A DNA stretch of 64,000 nucleotides from Desulfobacterales bacterium. Lineage in GTDB: Bacteria > Desulfobacterota > Desulfobacteria > Desulfobacterales > UBA2174. The DNA is taken from positions 66,998-130,997 of the forward strand of contig CAXXWC010000014.1 in NCBI GenBank assembly GCA_963668645.2, written 5' to 3'. The notes beneath the pieces were generated by a model. The model was not told the DNA's origin. It made no database searches and worked only from the letters and a program-made list of their open reading frames with translations. Made by a program: the position numbers and the translations under genes. Positions 10,110 to 19,430 of the stretch are shown piece after piece (positions within the stretch are counted from its first letter, which is position 1; every line of letters starts with the position of its first letter).

Positions 10110-10550
10110 ATGAATATTCAAGGCGTAACAAGAGAAAATTACCAGACATTAATCAATCTATGGGAAGCTTCTGTCAGAGCAACTCATGACTTTTTGCCTG
10201 AGGAAAAAATTGCAGAGCTAAAGACTGTGATTTTGGAGCAGTATTTTGATTCTGTCGATTTATTCTGCTTTAAAGACAGTAACGATAGGATATTAGGATT
10301 TATTGGCGTCGCTGATTTCAAAATTGAAATGTTATTTGTAGCTCCGAATTATATTGGTCAAAAAATCGGTCGGAAGCTTACTGAATACACCATTAAAAAT
10401 CTTGGTGCATTTAAAGTTGATGTAAACGAACAAAATCCTGATGCAGTAGGATTTTATAAACGAATGGGGTTTGTTCAAACAGGTCGTTCTGCATTTGACG
10501 GACAGGGCAATCCTTTTCCTTTAATACATATGAAAATGAATTTAATATAA
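10110..10550 (+). CDS. GNAT acetyltransferase (YjaB-like)
   Basis: WEASVRATHDFL; KIEMLFV; VDVNEQN...FY..MGF. Confidence 0.92.
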   Translation: MNIQGVTRENYQTLINLWEASVRATHDFLPEEKIAELKTVILEQYFDSVDLFCFKDSNDRILGFIGVADFKIEMLFVAPNYIGQKIGRKLTEYTIKNLGAFKVDVNEQNPDAVGFYKRMGFVQTGRSAFDGQGNPFPLIHMKMNLI

Positions 10551-10674
10551 CAATTCGCTGGAGAAAGAACATGCTTAATGTGCGACCTTTAAAAAGTATT
10601 TTGTTCAGAAAATTTGACTTACTATTGGAGCTTATGGGGTTCAAAAAGCTTGACCATTCAGCTCCCTGTTATGG
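10545..10674 (+). other. attC site (family B), core hit by an IS66-type insertion
   Basis: ATATAAC is the exact complement of the cassette start GTTATAT; ends CAGCTCCCT-GTTATG; homologous to 5813-5949. Confidence 0.8.
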
Positions 10675-10819
10675 TAACCGTTCACGGGGTTGAAATATTT
10701 CGTTTCCTCTAAATCGATGTCCGGTAAGGAGGTGCGCAAAAATAAAATCACATTTCAGTCGGACAGATGGAGTAGTTCCATTCAGGGCGTAGCGTATGGA
10801 ACTTGATATTAATCTTTTC
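10674..10819 (-). mobile_element. Relic IS66-like end plus probable ISAzo13-like 3' end fragment
   Basis: GTAACCGTTCACGGGGT degenerate TIR at 10674; minus strand reads EKINIKFHTLRPEWNYSICPTEM*, resembling the ISAzo13 transposase C-terminus (..EWNY.I.P). Confidence 0.55.
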
Positions 10820-12398
10820 GTAAGCGTTCACGGGGTAAAGGAAACCGTGGTCTGAGCTATATCCAAGACAGATCGGGCTTGTCGTTGTTGAAGAACGATT
10901 CGATGCAGAGTTCCAGGGTCTGGAAGGTTGATTTCGCTTTTAACCGACAAGTTTCCTTCAGGGAGAGGATACGTTCTACCCAGCGATTTCCTTTTTCACT
11001 TTGGGTGCCGAGGCTGCGCTTTCGCCACAAAACCCCGAAGCGAAGCGCCCGTTCGGCCCGGTTGTTGGTCGGCTCCACGCCCTCGTGTTCGATGAAGAAC
11101 CAAAGCGAGTCGATTTCGCGTAAAATCTGTCGAGCCAGCTGGCCAGCGTCGGATTTATCGGGCTCCCACAGAGACAGCGCGAACAACAGTTGTGCGTAAT
11201 ACTGCTGCCATTGTCGCGGCGGCGGTGGATCTTTGGCAAATTGAATCAACTGCCGAAGCAAGGATGCCATGATGTGCCCGAAGCGTCGTAGATCAGGTTT
11301 TTTCCTCTCGCACAAGGCATCGGCCTTGCGGATCAGATGGGCAAGACAAGTTTGGCGCCCATGAACCCAGTTTCGGTATAGGCCGTAGGAGTCGCTGACC
11401 AGAATTCCTCGCCAATCCTGGATCAGCTGGTTGAAGGCATCCTTGGAACGGTGGGCATCGATACGATAGAAGGCCACCCGATCATTGACCATGGCCCACA
11501 GCCACTGAAGGCCGTTTTGGTTAAACCAGGACGTCTCGTCAATGTAATTGCACAGCGAACTGCGGGCCACGTCCCCGATGGCTTTGTATGCCGGAGTAAT
11601 GGCCTCCGAAGCCCGGTCGACGATTTTCTGAATGGTGCCCGTGGCGATGGGCATACGCAGAACCGATTCGCATATATGCTTGACATCGTTTCGGCTCATC
11701 GCCTTGATGCCGCTCAACTCGGCGATCAACGCACTCAATCGCGGACCGTATCCATAGCGAACCGGCTCGGGCAGCACGGCCTTGACAGTTTTCCCACAGC
11801 TGGGACAGTCGCAGCGGTGAAGTATAAAATGGCTGATCTCCATTTGGATTTCGGGCAGCTCGATATGCTGATGGGTATAAAACGGTTCCATCCGGCTTCC
11901 TCCGAAGTCGGTGTTGCCGCAACGACAGCGTTCGGGCATCAACGCATGAGATTTATTTGGACTCAGCATTTGCTGCTTGTAGGCCTTATGGCCTTTCTGG
12001 CCGCCCTTGGGGCGACTTCCTTTTTTTCCATTCTTCCGGCCGGATCGGTCAAACGGGCTGTCGGATGACGGCGGCTTGCTGGAGTTTCGAGAATTTTCCC
12101 GGGTCTTCACCTCCAGCTTTTCGATTCGCTTGCCGTAATCGTCAACTTGCTTCTGCAGATTATGCAAAGCCTGCTCGAGGTAAAGGATATAGTGCCGGAC
12201 AGGTTCCGGCGTAAGATGCCATTCAAGGTCTGTGAAGGGTCTTTTCGTCTCCATGGAAAAGAGCCTATCACACTAGAAAACGAATGTCTAGATTTTTTTA
12301 ACAATTTCAATACTTTATGTCATAATGTATCTTTCTCTTGTGAATTCAGCATGTTAGACTTCGGAATTGTAACTCCGGGATACCCCGTGAACGCTTAC
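10820..12398 (-). mobile_element. IS66-like element, single ORF, 1579 bp, copy 1
   Basis: 18-bp TIRs GTAAGCGTTCACGGGGTA at both ends. Confidence 0.93.
10857..12254 (-). CDS. IS66-family transposase (TnpC-like)
   Basis: NSRNSSKPPSSD; IDETSW; QTCLAHLIR; PTNNRAERALR. Confidence 0.95.
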   Translation of the reverse strand: METKRPFTDLEWHLTPEPVRHYILYLEQALHNLQKQVDDYGKRIEKLEVKTRENSRNSSKPPSSDSPFDRSGRKNGKKGSRPKGGQKGHKAYKQQMLSPNKSHALMPERCRCGNTDFGGSRMEPFYTHQHIELPEIQMEISHFILHRCDCPSCGKTVKAVLPEPVRYGYGPRLSALIAELSGIKAMSRNDVKHICESVLRMPIATGTIQKIVDRASEAITPAYKAIGDVARSSLCNYIDETSWFNQNGLQWLWAMVNDRVAFYRIDAHRSKDAFNQLIQDWRGILVSDSYGLYRNWVHGRQTCLAHLIRKADALCERKKPDLRRFGHIMASLLRQLIQFAKDPPPPRQWQQYYAQLLFALSLWEPDKSDAGQLARQILREIDSLWFFIEHEGVEPTNNRAERALRFGVLWRKRSLGTQSEKGNRWVERILSLKETCRLKAKSTFQTLELCIESFFNNDKPDLSWI

Positions 12399-12516
12399 CT
12401 GTTATGAGTATTAAATAGAAATTATAAAAAATTGCCAACAATCTGATATTGATCTGGCCATTAGCATCTGTCTTGAATTATCTTGTTGTTATTTTAATTA
12501 ATTATTAGAGGCGATA

Positions 12517-13434
12517 ATGAGTCGTTTTTTATCGAAAAATGAAACTGTAACGGATCGTCAAACTGATTTAATGTGGACAAGAAATGCCTCTCTGTTTGAA
12601 TTTCCAATGAGTTGGGTCGAAGCGTTAAATATCATTGGTGAACTCAATAAATCAGGACTTTTTGGTTATTATGACTGGAAACTTCCGAACCGTAAAGAAT
12701 TATTAAGCCTGATAAGCTATCAAACGATTAACCCGAGTCTTCCGGCCGACCATCTTTTTGAAAATGTATTTAACGGTTATTACTGGACTTCTACAACTTG
12801 CGCCAGGCTGCCAGATCAAGCGTGGTACATTCATTTGGGCAGCGCCAGAGTGTTCAAAGGAATGAAATATGGTTCATACATGGTTTGGCCTGTAAGGACT
12901 GGAGAAAAATTTACCAAACAGGATCTTTTTATGACGGGGCAGAAATCGTGTTTCGGTAAAACCGGCAAAATCATAGATTGCCAGGAAACAGGTCAGGATG
13001 GTGAAAAACGTTCGGGTTCTAATCCTATCGAGAATCGGTACACAAAACAAGGTCAAACTGTCTATGACAGTTATACAGGTTTGACCTGGATACAGGATGC
13101 AAATACCTGCAAGCATGTGATGAGTTGGAATTCGGCTTTCGATCTGATTTCAGAGTTGAACAGGAAGATGAAGCATGGCCATGATGATTGGCGAATTCCC
13201 AATATAATTGAACTGGAGAGTTTGACTGATATGGGGGAACATTCACCGGCTTTGCCCCAGGATCATCTCTTTTATGATATACAGGATTTTTACTGGTCCT
13301 CCACCACAAGCATGTATAATACGGATTACGCATGGGTGCTATACATGGTAGACGGCGCCGTTGGCGTTGGTTTTAAGCAGCTGTCGGAATTTTATCTCTG
13401 GCCGGTAAGAGGAAAAGAAAAAATGATGGTTTGA
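12517..13434 (+). CDS. Tandem DUF1566 (Lcl C-terminal) domain protein
   Basis: Two repeats of TD..T.L.W...DW(K/R)(L/I)PN..EL.SL...YW(T/S)STT...AW. Confidence 0.9.
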   Translation: MSRFLSKNETVTDRQTDLMWTRNASLFEFPMSWVEALNIIGELNKSGLFGYYDWKLPNRKELLSLISYQTINPSLPADHLFENVFNGYYWTSTTCARLPDQAWYIHLGSARVFKGMKYGSYMVWPVRTGEKFTKQDLFMTGQKSCFGKTGKIIDCQETGQDGEKRSGSNPIENRYTKQGQTVYDSYTGLTWIQDANTCKHVMSWNSAFDLISELNRKMKHGHDDWRIPNIIELESLTDMGEHSPALPQDHLFYDIQDFYWSSTTSMYNTDYAWVLYMVDGAVGVGFKQLSEFYLWPVRGKEKMMV

Positions 13435-13565
13435 CAACATATTGATATAGGGTTTATATATGCGATATAAATGTATTTCGGGTTTATCCGCAAGGCTGGT
13501 GTCATTTCAAGAACCGGACCATCTACAGATAGCAAGCCTATAAATTTAAAAATCGGATTTTATAA

Positions 13566-14051
13566 ATGAACTCTAAATTGGAAATAAAGCAAGCCACAGA
13601 AGGTGATTTGCCTACAATTTTTTCTTTGGTAAAGAGCCTTGCGAAGCACGTCGATTTATCGCACGAACTCACGGCAAAAGAGGAGGATCTGCGTAAATAT
13701 TTATTCGGTAGCGCCGGGTTTGTTGAAGTTCTGATCGGCTATTATGACTCACAACCTGTTGCGATGATCATATTTTACCCGAGTTTTTCGACCTTTATCG
13801 GGAAACCGGCAATACACATCGAAGATTTTTATATAAAATCAGATTTCAGGGGCATGGGGCTTGGGACGGCCATATTCAAATTCCTGGCAAATCTTGCCTT
13901 AAGCCGAAATTGCGGAAAGATTGAGTGGTACGCCGCTGAATGGAATGAGGGTGCGTTGGAGTTCTACACAAAAATGGGGGCACAAAAACTTGAAAGGAGG
14001 AAACTCTTCAGGCTAACCGCAGACAAGATGCGGAATCTTGTGGAGCCATGA
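13566..14051 (+). CDS. GNAT acetyltransferase (SSAT-like)
   Basis: FSTFIGKPAIHIEDFYI...RGMGLG; WN..A..FY.KMGA. Confidence 0.9.
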   Translation: MNSKLEIKQATEGDLPTIFSLVKSLAKHVDLSHELTAKEEDLRKYLFGSAGFVEVLIGYYDSQPVAMIIFYPSFSTFIGKPAIHIEDFYIKSDFRGMGLGTAIFKFLANLALSRNCGKIEWYAAEWNEGALEFYTKMGAQKLERRKLFRLTADKMRNLVEP

Positions 14052-14512
14052 ACAGTTGATGGCTCGTGCGAACATCAGGCCATCCCCGTTACCCCTTCGG
14101 AATGGCAGAGAGGTGCGATTTTCTGGATATAGAGTTTTTGTTTAGTGACGGTCACCTATGTTCGACTAAACAGGAAATCAGTAATCTATAGAATAGGAAA
14201 GAAGAATGAACTTTCGTATTCCAGAACAATTGCATACAGAGCGGCTTTTTCTTCGCATGTTTCGTAATGATGATCTGAATGCCATCCATGAATATTATTC
14301 CGATGAATCGTGTGTAAAATATACAATCGGGAAAGTATTAAAGGAGCATGAAAGCTGGAGAGAGATGGCCATAAGAACGGGGCACTGGCTGTTGCATGGA
14401 TATGGCCCGTATGCAGTGGAGGAAAAAACAAACCAAAATGTAATCGGCATTATTGGGCTCTGGAATCCACCTGAATGGCCCGAGCTGGAATTAACCTGGC
14501 ATTTGATCAAAA

Positions 14513-16091
14513 GTAAGCGTTCACGGGGTATCCCGGAGTTACAATTCCGAAGTCTAACATGCTGAATTCACAAGAGAAAGATACATTATGACATAAAGTA
14601 TTGAAATTGTTAAAAAAATCTAGACATTCGTTTTCTAGTGTGATAGGCTCTTTTCCATGGAGACGAAAAGACCCTTCACAGACCTTGAATGGCATCTTAC
14701 GCCGGAACCTGTCCGGCACTATATCCTTTACCTCGAGCAGGCTTTGCATAATCTGCAGAAGCAAGTTGACGATTACGGCAAGCGAATCGAAAAGCTGGAG
14801 GTGAAGACCCGGGAAAATTCTCGAAACTCCAGCAAGCCGCCGTCATCCGACAGCCCGTTTGACCGATCCGGCCGGAAGAATGGAAAAAAAGGAAGTCGCC
14901 CCAAGGGCGGCCAGAAAGGCCATAAGGCCTACAAGCAGCAAATGCTGAGTCCAAATAAATCTCATGCGTTGATGCCCGAACGCTGTCGTTGCGGCAACAC
15001 CGACTTCGGAGGAAGCCGGATGGAACCGTTTTATACCCATCAGCATATCGAGCTGCCCGAAATCCAAATGGAGATCAGCCATTTTATACTTCACCGCTGC
15101 GACTGTCCCAGCTGTGGGAAAACTGTCAAGGCCGTGCTGCCCGAGCCGGTTCGCTATGGATACGGTCCGCGATTGAGTGCGTTGATCGCCGAGTTGAGCG
15201 GCATCAAGGCGATGAGCCGAAACGATGTCAAGCATATATGCGAATCGGTTCTGCGTATGCCCATCGCCACGGGCACCATTCAGAAAATCGTCGACCGGGC
15301 TTCGGAGGCCATTACTCCGGCATACAAAGCCATCGGGGACGTGGCCCGCAGTTCGCTGTGCAATTACATTGACGAGACGTCCTGGTTTAACCAAAACGGC
15401 CTTCAGTGGCTGTGGGCCATGGTCAATGATCGGGTGGCCTTCTATCGTATCGATGCCCACCGTTCCAAGGATGCCTTCAACCAGCTGATCCAGGATTGGC
15501 GAGGAATTCTGGTCAGCGACTCCTACGGCCTATACCGAAACTGGGTTCATGGGCGCCAAACTTGTCTTGCCCATCTGATCCGCAAGGCCGATGCCTTGTG
15601 CGAGAGGAAAAAACCTGATCTACGACGCTTCGGGCACATCATGGCATCCTTGCTTCGGCAGTTGATTCAATTTGCCAAAGATCCACCGCCGCCGCGACAA
15701 TGGCAGCAGTATTACGCACAACTGTTGTTCGCGCTGTCTCTGTGGGAGCCCGATAAATCCGACGCTGGCCAGCTGGCTCGACAGATTTTACGCGAAATCG
15801 ACTCGCTTTGGTTCTTCATCGAACACGAGGGCGTGGAGCCGACCAACAACCGGGCCGAACGGGCGCTTCGCTTCGGGGTTTTGTGGCGAAAGCGCAGCCT
15901 CGGCACCCAAAGTGAAAAAGGAAATCGCTGGGTAGAACGTATCCTCTCCCTGAAGGAAACTTGTCGGTTAAAAGCGAAATCAACCTTCCAGACCCTGGAA
16001 CTCTGCATCGAATCGTTCTTCAACAACGACAAGCCCGATCTGTCTTGGATATAGCTCAGACCACGGTTTCCTTTACCCCGTGAACGCTTAC
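14513..16091 (+). mobile_element. IS66-like element, 1579 bp, copy 2, with 8-bp TSD GATCAAAA
   Basis: Same TIRs; TSD at 14505-14512 and 16092-16099. Confidence 0.95.
14657..16054 (+). CDS. IS66-family transposase
   Basis: Translation matches 10857-12254. Confidence 0.95.
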   Translation: METKRPFTDLEWHLTPEPVRHYILYLEQALHNLQKQVDDYGKRIEKLEVKTRENSRNSSKPPSSDSPFDRSGRKNGKKGSRPKGGQKGHKAYKQQMLSPNKSHALMPERCRCGNTDFGGSRMEPFYTHQHIELPEIQMEISHFILHRCDCPSCGKTVKAVLPEPVRYGYGPRLSALIAELSGIKAMSRNDVKHICESVLRMPIATGTIQKIVDRASEAITPAYKAIGDVARSSLCNYIDETSWFNQNGLQWLWAMVNDRVAFYRIDAHRSKDAFNQLIQDWRGILVSDSYGLYRNWVHGRQTCLAHLIRKADALCERKKPDLRRFGHIMASLLRQLIQFAKDPPPPRQWQQYYAQLLFALSLWEPDKSDAGQLARQILREIDSLWFFIEHEGVEPTNNRAERALRFGVLWRKRSLGTQSEKGNRWVERILSLKETCRLKAKSTFQTLELCIESFFNNDKPDLSWI

Positions 16092-16377
16092 GATCAAAAA
16101 GCACCAGGGTAAGGGATATGCATACGAGGCTGCAAAAAAAGTGCTAACGATGACAGGTGAATATGTCCCCGAACTTGATTTGATAAGTTTGATTCACCCG
16201 GAGAATCTACCCTCGTTGAAACTGGCTGCGGCTCTGGGCGCATATAAAGAGAAGGAGATATTGTTCAGGAATGATATTTGGTATATTTACCGTCATAGGC
16301 GAAATCAAATAAAATAGAAAGGTTACCGGATTTTGTCTTTCGATGGCGAAGTTGTATATTCGCCTGCCGGCTAGACC

Positions 16378-17562
16378 ATGGTCGCCAGTGAAAATGTTGA
16401 GAGCGTTGACTTTATGGAGCGGCACCAAAGACCGTTGATCCGGCCTGGGACGAGATGGCTGATCACCCTGTTGATCTGGCTGGCCACGTTGGCAATCGCC
16501 AGTGCCGATGGCGGGTTTCGCACGGTGACCGGTCCTTGCGGATTCGAGTATCCCCGCGACCATGGGGCCCATCCGGATTATCGCACCGAGTGGTGGTACT
16601 ACACCGGCCATCTGGCGGGAAGCGACGGGAGACGATTCGGCTTCCAGCTTACCTTCTTTCGCTATCGTCTCGCCCCTCAGGCAGAGCGGAAAAACTGGCC
16701 CGAGCCGGCTTCGGCCTGGCGCGCCGATCAGGTCTACATGGCCCACGCGGCTTTGACGGATGTGGCTGCAAAACGCCATTTGAGCGCCGAGAAGACAGCC
16801 AGGGATTCCATGGGACTGGCCGGAACGGTCTTCGATGGTGAAAAGGTCACGATGCATCTTGGATCCTGGTCGGCCCGAATCAGCGATAAAAGCCATCGCC
16901 TTGAGGCCGGTAGCGAAGATTTTGTCCTGCACCTCGATCTGAACCCGCTCAAACCGCCTACGGCCCACGGCGAAGACGGATACAGCCGCAAGGGGGCAGA
17001 AGCCGGGCGTGCTTCGTGCTACTATTCCTTGACCCGGCTCCGGGCCCGGGGGCAGGTTACGGTGGAAGGACGCACCCATGAGGTGACCGGCCTGGCCTGG
17101 ATGGACCACGAGTACAGCACCGCTTCTTTGGAGCCAGGACTTTCGGGGTGGGACTGGTTCAGCCTCCAGCTCGGGGACGGGTGGGATCTGATGACCTTTT
17201 TCCTGCGGCGGCCGGACGGCACTTGGCACCCGGCCTCATCCGGCACCCTGGTGGCGCCGGACGGCAGGGTTACCCATTTAAACAACGATGCTTTTCAACT
17301 CGAAGTAACGCGCTACTGGCAGAGCCCGTCCAGCGGCGGGCGTTATCCGGCCGGGTGGCGCTTTGAGGTTCCGGCAGCGGATCTTGTCCTGGATATCACT
17401 CCGGTGATCGAGGACCAGGAGATGCGCATGGAGCGCAGCACCGGCGTGACCTACTGGGAAGGGCTGGTGGATGCGGCCGGCAGCAGGGCCGGCCGGCCAG
17501 TTAAAGGGCAGGGCTATGTGGAACTTACCGGTTATGCCGGCACCTTCGAGGCGCCGCTGTGA
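16378..17562 (+). CDS. AttH/CrtC-like secreted lipocalin-fold hydrolase
   Basis: PRDHGAHPDYRTEWWYYTG; AWMDHE; GWDWFSLQL; YWEG; GYVELTGY; true start may be downstream. Confidence 0.9.
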   Translation: MVASENVESVDFMERHQRPLIRPGTRWLITLLIWLATLAIASADGGFRTVTGPCGFEYPRDHGAHPDYRTEWWYYTGHLAGSDGRRFGFQLTFFRYRLAPQAERKNWPEPASAWRADQVYMAHAALTDVAAKRHLSAEKTARDSMGLAGTVFDGEKVTMHLGSWSARISDKSHRLEAGSEDFVLHLDLNPLKPPTAHGEDGYSRKGAEAGRASCYYSLTRLRARGQVTVEGRTHEVTGLAWMDHEYSTASLEPGLSGWDWFSLQLGDGWDLMTFFLRRPDGTWHPASSGTLVAPDGRVTHLNNDAFQLEVTRYWQSPSSGGRYPAGWRFEVPAADLVLDITPVIEDQEMRMERSTGVTYWEGLVDAAGSRAGRPVKGQGYVELTGYAGTFEAPL

Positions 17563-17795
17563 AGCTTTGAATGCCGGGGACCACTGTTCCGGCTGAGTGT
17601 GACGGATTTTTCTCTTGCCGACCTTGCCCTCATGTGGGGGCGATTGCATCCCCCCTTGTTTTTGCGGCTTTGCTGCAAAAATGAAGCGTATCTACGACAT
17701 AATTGTAGACCGGATCCTCCCTGGTCCTCTCCTTTAAGAGCCTTGGATTGGAAAATATTTAAAAAAATCAGCCCGTTGTTCTCTGTGGAGGTATT

Positions 17796-17812
17796 TTGGC
17801 ACCTATATTGCT
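17796..17812 (+). promoter_or_regulatory. sigma54 (-24/-12) promoter
   Basis: TTGGCAC-CTATA-TTGCT, an exact TGGCAC-N5-TTGC match ~37 nt before nifQ. Confidence 0.8.
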
Positions 17813-17848
17813 CTGAAATCGGAAAACTCGAGCAAGGAGGTGCTGTGC

Positions 17849-18541
17849 ATGGAAAATCTGATTTATGACTGGCTGATGGAGAGGAGAAATCCCGTGGAGG
17901 GCTGGATGGAAGCCCGGTTGTTCGCAATGATGATATCTTCCAAAACGACCTCTACCTATTGGACGCTCGAAGACATGCTCGGGTTGACCGGTACGGGCAT
18001 GAAATCCCTGATGGTCAAATACTTCCCCTTTACTATGCCCGATCATAAGGCCCCAAGCTGTTATAAAATCCATTTTCACGCCGCTGTGAAAAATCCGTTC
18101 GTCTGCCATTGCTGCGGGCAGGCGGTAAACACCGAAGGCGGGGTAAGGAAAGTCAATATCCCATTGCTGAACGGATACCCCACCGCCCTGAACAGGCAGA
18201 TGGAAGTGGACGATCTGAAGGATCTTTTTTTTTGCCACCGATCCTGCGAAGCGCCAGAGGCCACCTGGTTTGCTGAAATGATCGCGGTCGGTTCGCTGGG
18301 AGAAGATCACCTGTGGCAGGATCTGGGGCTTTCAGGAAGAGAAGATGTGTCATATATTTTGAAACACTATTTTACGGGTTTATCCGATAAGAATACCGGG
18401 AATATGAAATGGAAAAAATTCTTCTATAAACAGCTTTGCGACTTGGACGGAATAAAGGTTTGCAAGGCACCGAGCTGTTCCATCTGCAGCCACTATTCAG
18501 ATTGTTTCGGCCCGGAAATTGCGGCGCAAAGGGCCGCCTAA
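17849..18541 (+). CDS. nifQ: Nitrogen fixation protein NifQ
   Basis: DHLWQDLGL..R; N..NMKWKKFFYKQLC; C-terminal CKAPSCSICSHYSDCFGPE. Confidence 0.9.
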   Translation: MENLIYDWLMERRNPVEGWMEARLFAMMISSKTTSTYWTLEDMLGLTGTGMKSLMVKYFPFTMPDHKAPSCYKIHFHAAVKNPFVCHCCGQAVNTEGGVRKVNIPLLNGYPTALNRQMEVDDLKDLFFCHRSCEAPEATWFAEMIAVGSLGEDHLWQDLGLSGREDVSYILKHYFTGLSDKNTGNMKWKKFFYKQLCDLDGIKVCKAPSCSICSHYSDCFGPEIAAQRAA

Positions 18542-18559
18542 CTGCTGCGATCAGGGCTC

Positions 18560-19423
18560 TTATCTCACCGGCAGTCCCGCGGCCTCCATCAACGGCAGCA
18601 GCACCTCCCGGCTCCGTCGCCCGGCCTCCTCGGGCATGTCCACATAAGGGTAGAGTTCCAGGCTGACGTCCCCTTTGTAGTCGAGCCGCTGCATGGCAGC
18701 CAAGACGCTTGCAAAATCGATGGCCCCCTGGCCGGCGATCAGGTGGTTGTGGGTCCGGTCAGGGGCGATGTCCTCGATGTGCACATGGCCGATCCACTGG
18801 AAAAGGGTTTCGAAGGCTGCGGCCGGATCCTCGCCGGCGCAGAAAAAATGGCCGATATCGAAGTTGAGGCCCACCGCCGGCGAGCGGATCTCGCCAATGA
18901 AAGAGAGAAACTCGCCGGTGCGCTCCATGAGCAGATCGGGTTCGGGTTCGATCAAGATTTTCACCCCCAGGTTCTCGGCGGTGGGGATCACCCGGTCGAG
19001 CCCCTCGTGGAAGAGGCGCAGCGCCTCGGCCCGACCCATGCCGGGCTCCAGCGGCCCGCCGGGCGGCACCGAGATGTTGCGGCATCCGAGCCGGTGGGCC
19101 ACGCGCAGGCAGGCCAGGGTATGTTCGACGCGCATCCGGCGGCGGGCCGGCTCGGCTTCGATCCACGACGGCAGGTAGGTGTCGCCCACGGCAAAGAGGG
19201 TGAAACTGTTGAGGTTGGTGGTCTTCAGACCGTGGCGCTCAAGACTTTCGGCCACGGCGGAAAGTTGGGCCTCGTCGAAATCGGGCGGGTAAAGATGGGG
19301 CCGGTCGCCCATGATTTCCACACCGGAAAAACCGAGCCGGGCGATCCGATCGATGGCGTCGAGCAGGGGAAATTTGACAAAGGCGTTGGTGCTGTAAGCA
19401 AAGATCATGAGATTCCCTTCCAA
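18560..19423 (-). CDS. Sugar phosphate isomerase/epimerase (AP-endonuclease-2 TIM barrel)
   Basis: EPEP; NFDIGH; HVHIED; SLELYPY. Confidence 0.88.
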   Translation of the reverse strand: MEGNLMIFAYSTNAFVKFPLLDAIDRIARLGFSGVEIMGDRPHLYPPDFDEAQLSAVAESLERHGLKTTNLNSFTLFAVGDTYLPSWIEAEPARRRMRVEHTLACLRVAHRLGCRNISVPPGGPLEPGMGRAEALRLFHEGLDRVIPTAENLGVKILIEPEPDLLMERTGEFLSFIGEIRSPAVGLNFDIGHFFCAGEDPAAAFETLFQWIGHVHIEDIAPDRTHNHLIAGQGAIDFASVLAAMQRLDYKGDVSLELYPYVDMPEEAGRRSREVLLPLMEAAGLPVR

Positions 19424-19430
19424 TCTGTTT

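Larger units (their letters stand above)
14206..16317 (+). pseudogene. RimJ/RimL-type GNAT interrupted by IS66 copy 2
   Basis: Removing the IS and one TSD restores ...WHLIK-KHQGKGYAYEAA...IHPENLPS.KLA..LGA... to TAG16317. Confidence 0.9.

Noticed and set aside
12399..14512. IS-mediated inversion of the segment between the IS66 copies
   Set aside because: Each TSD pair is in direct, un-swapped arrangement, so no inversion is recorded
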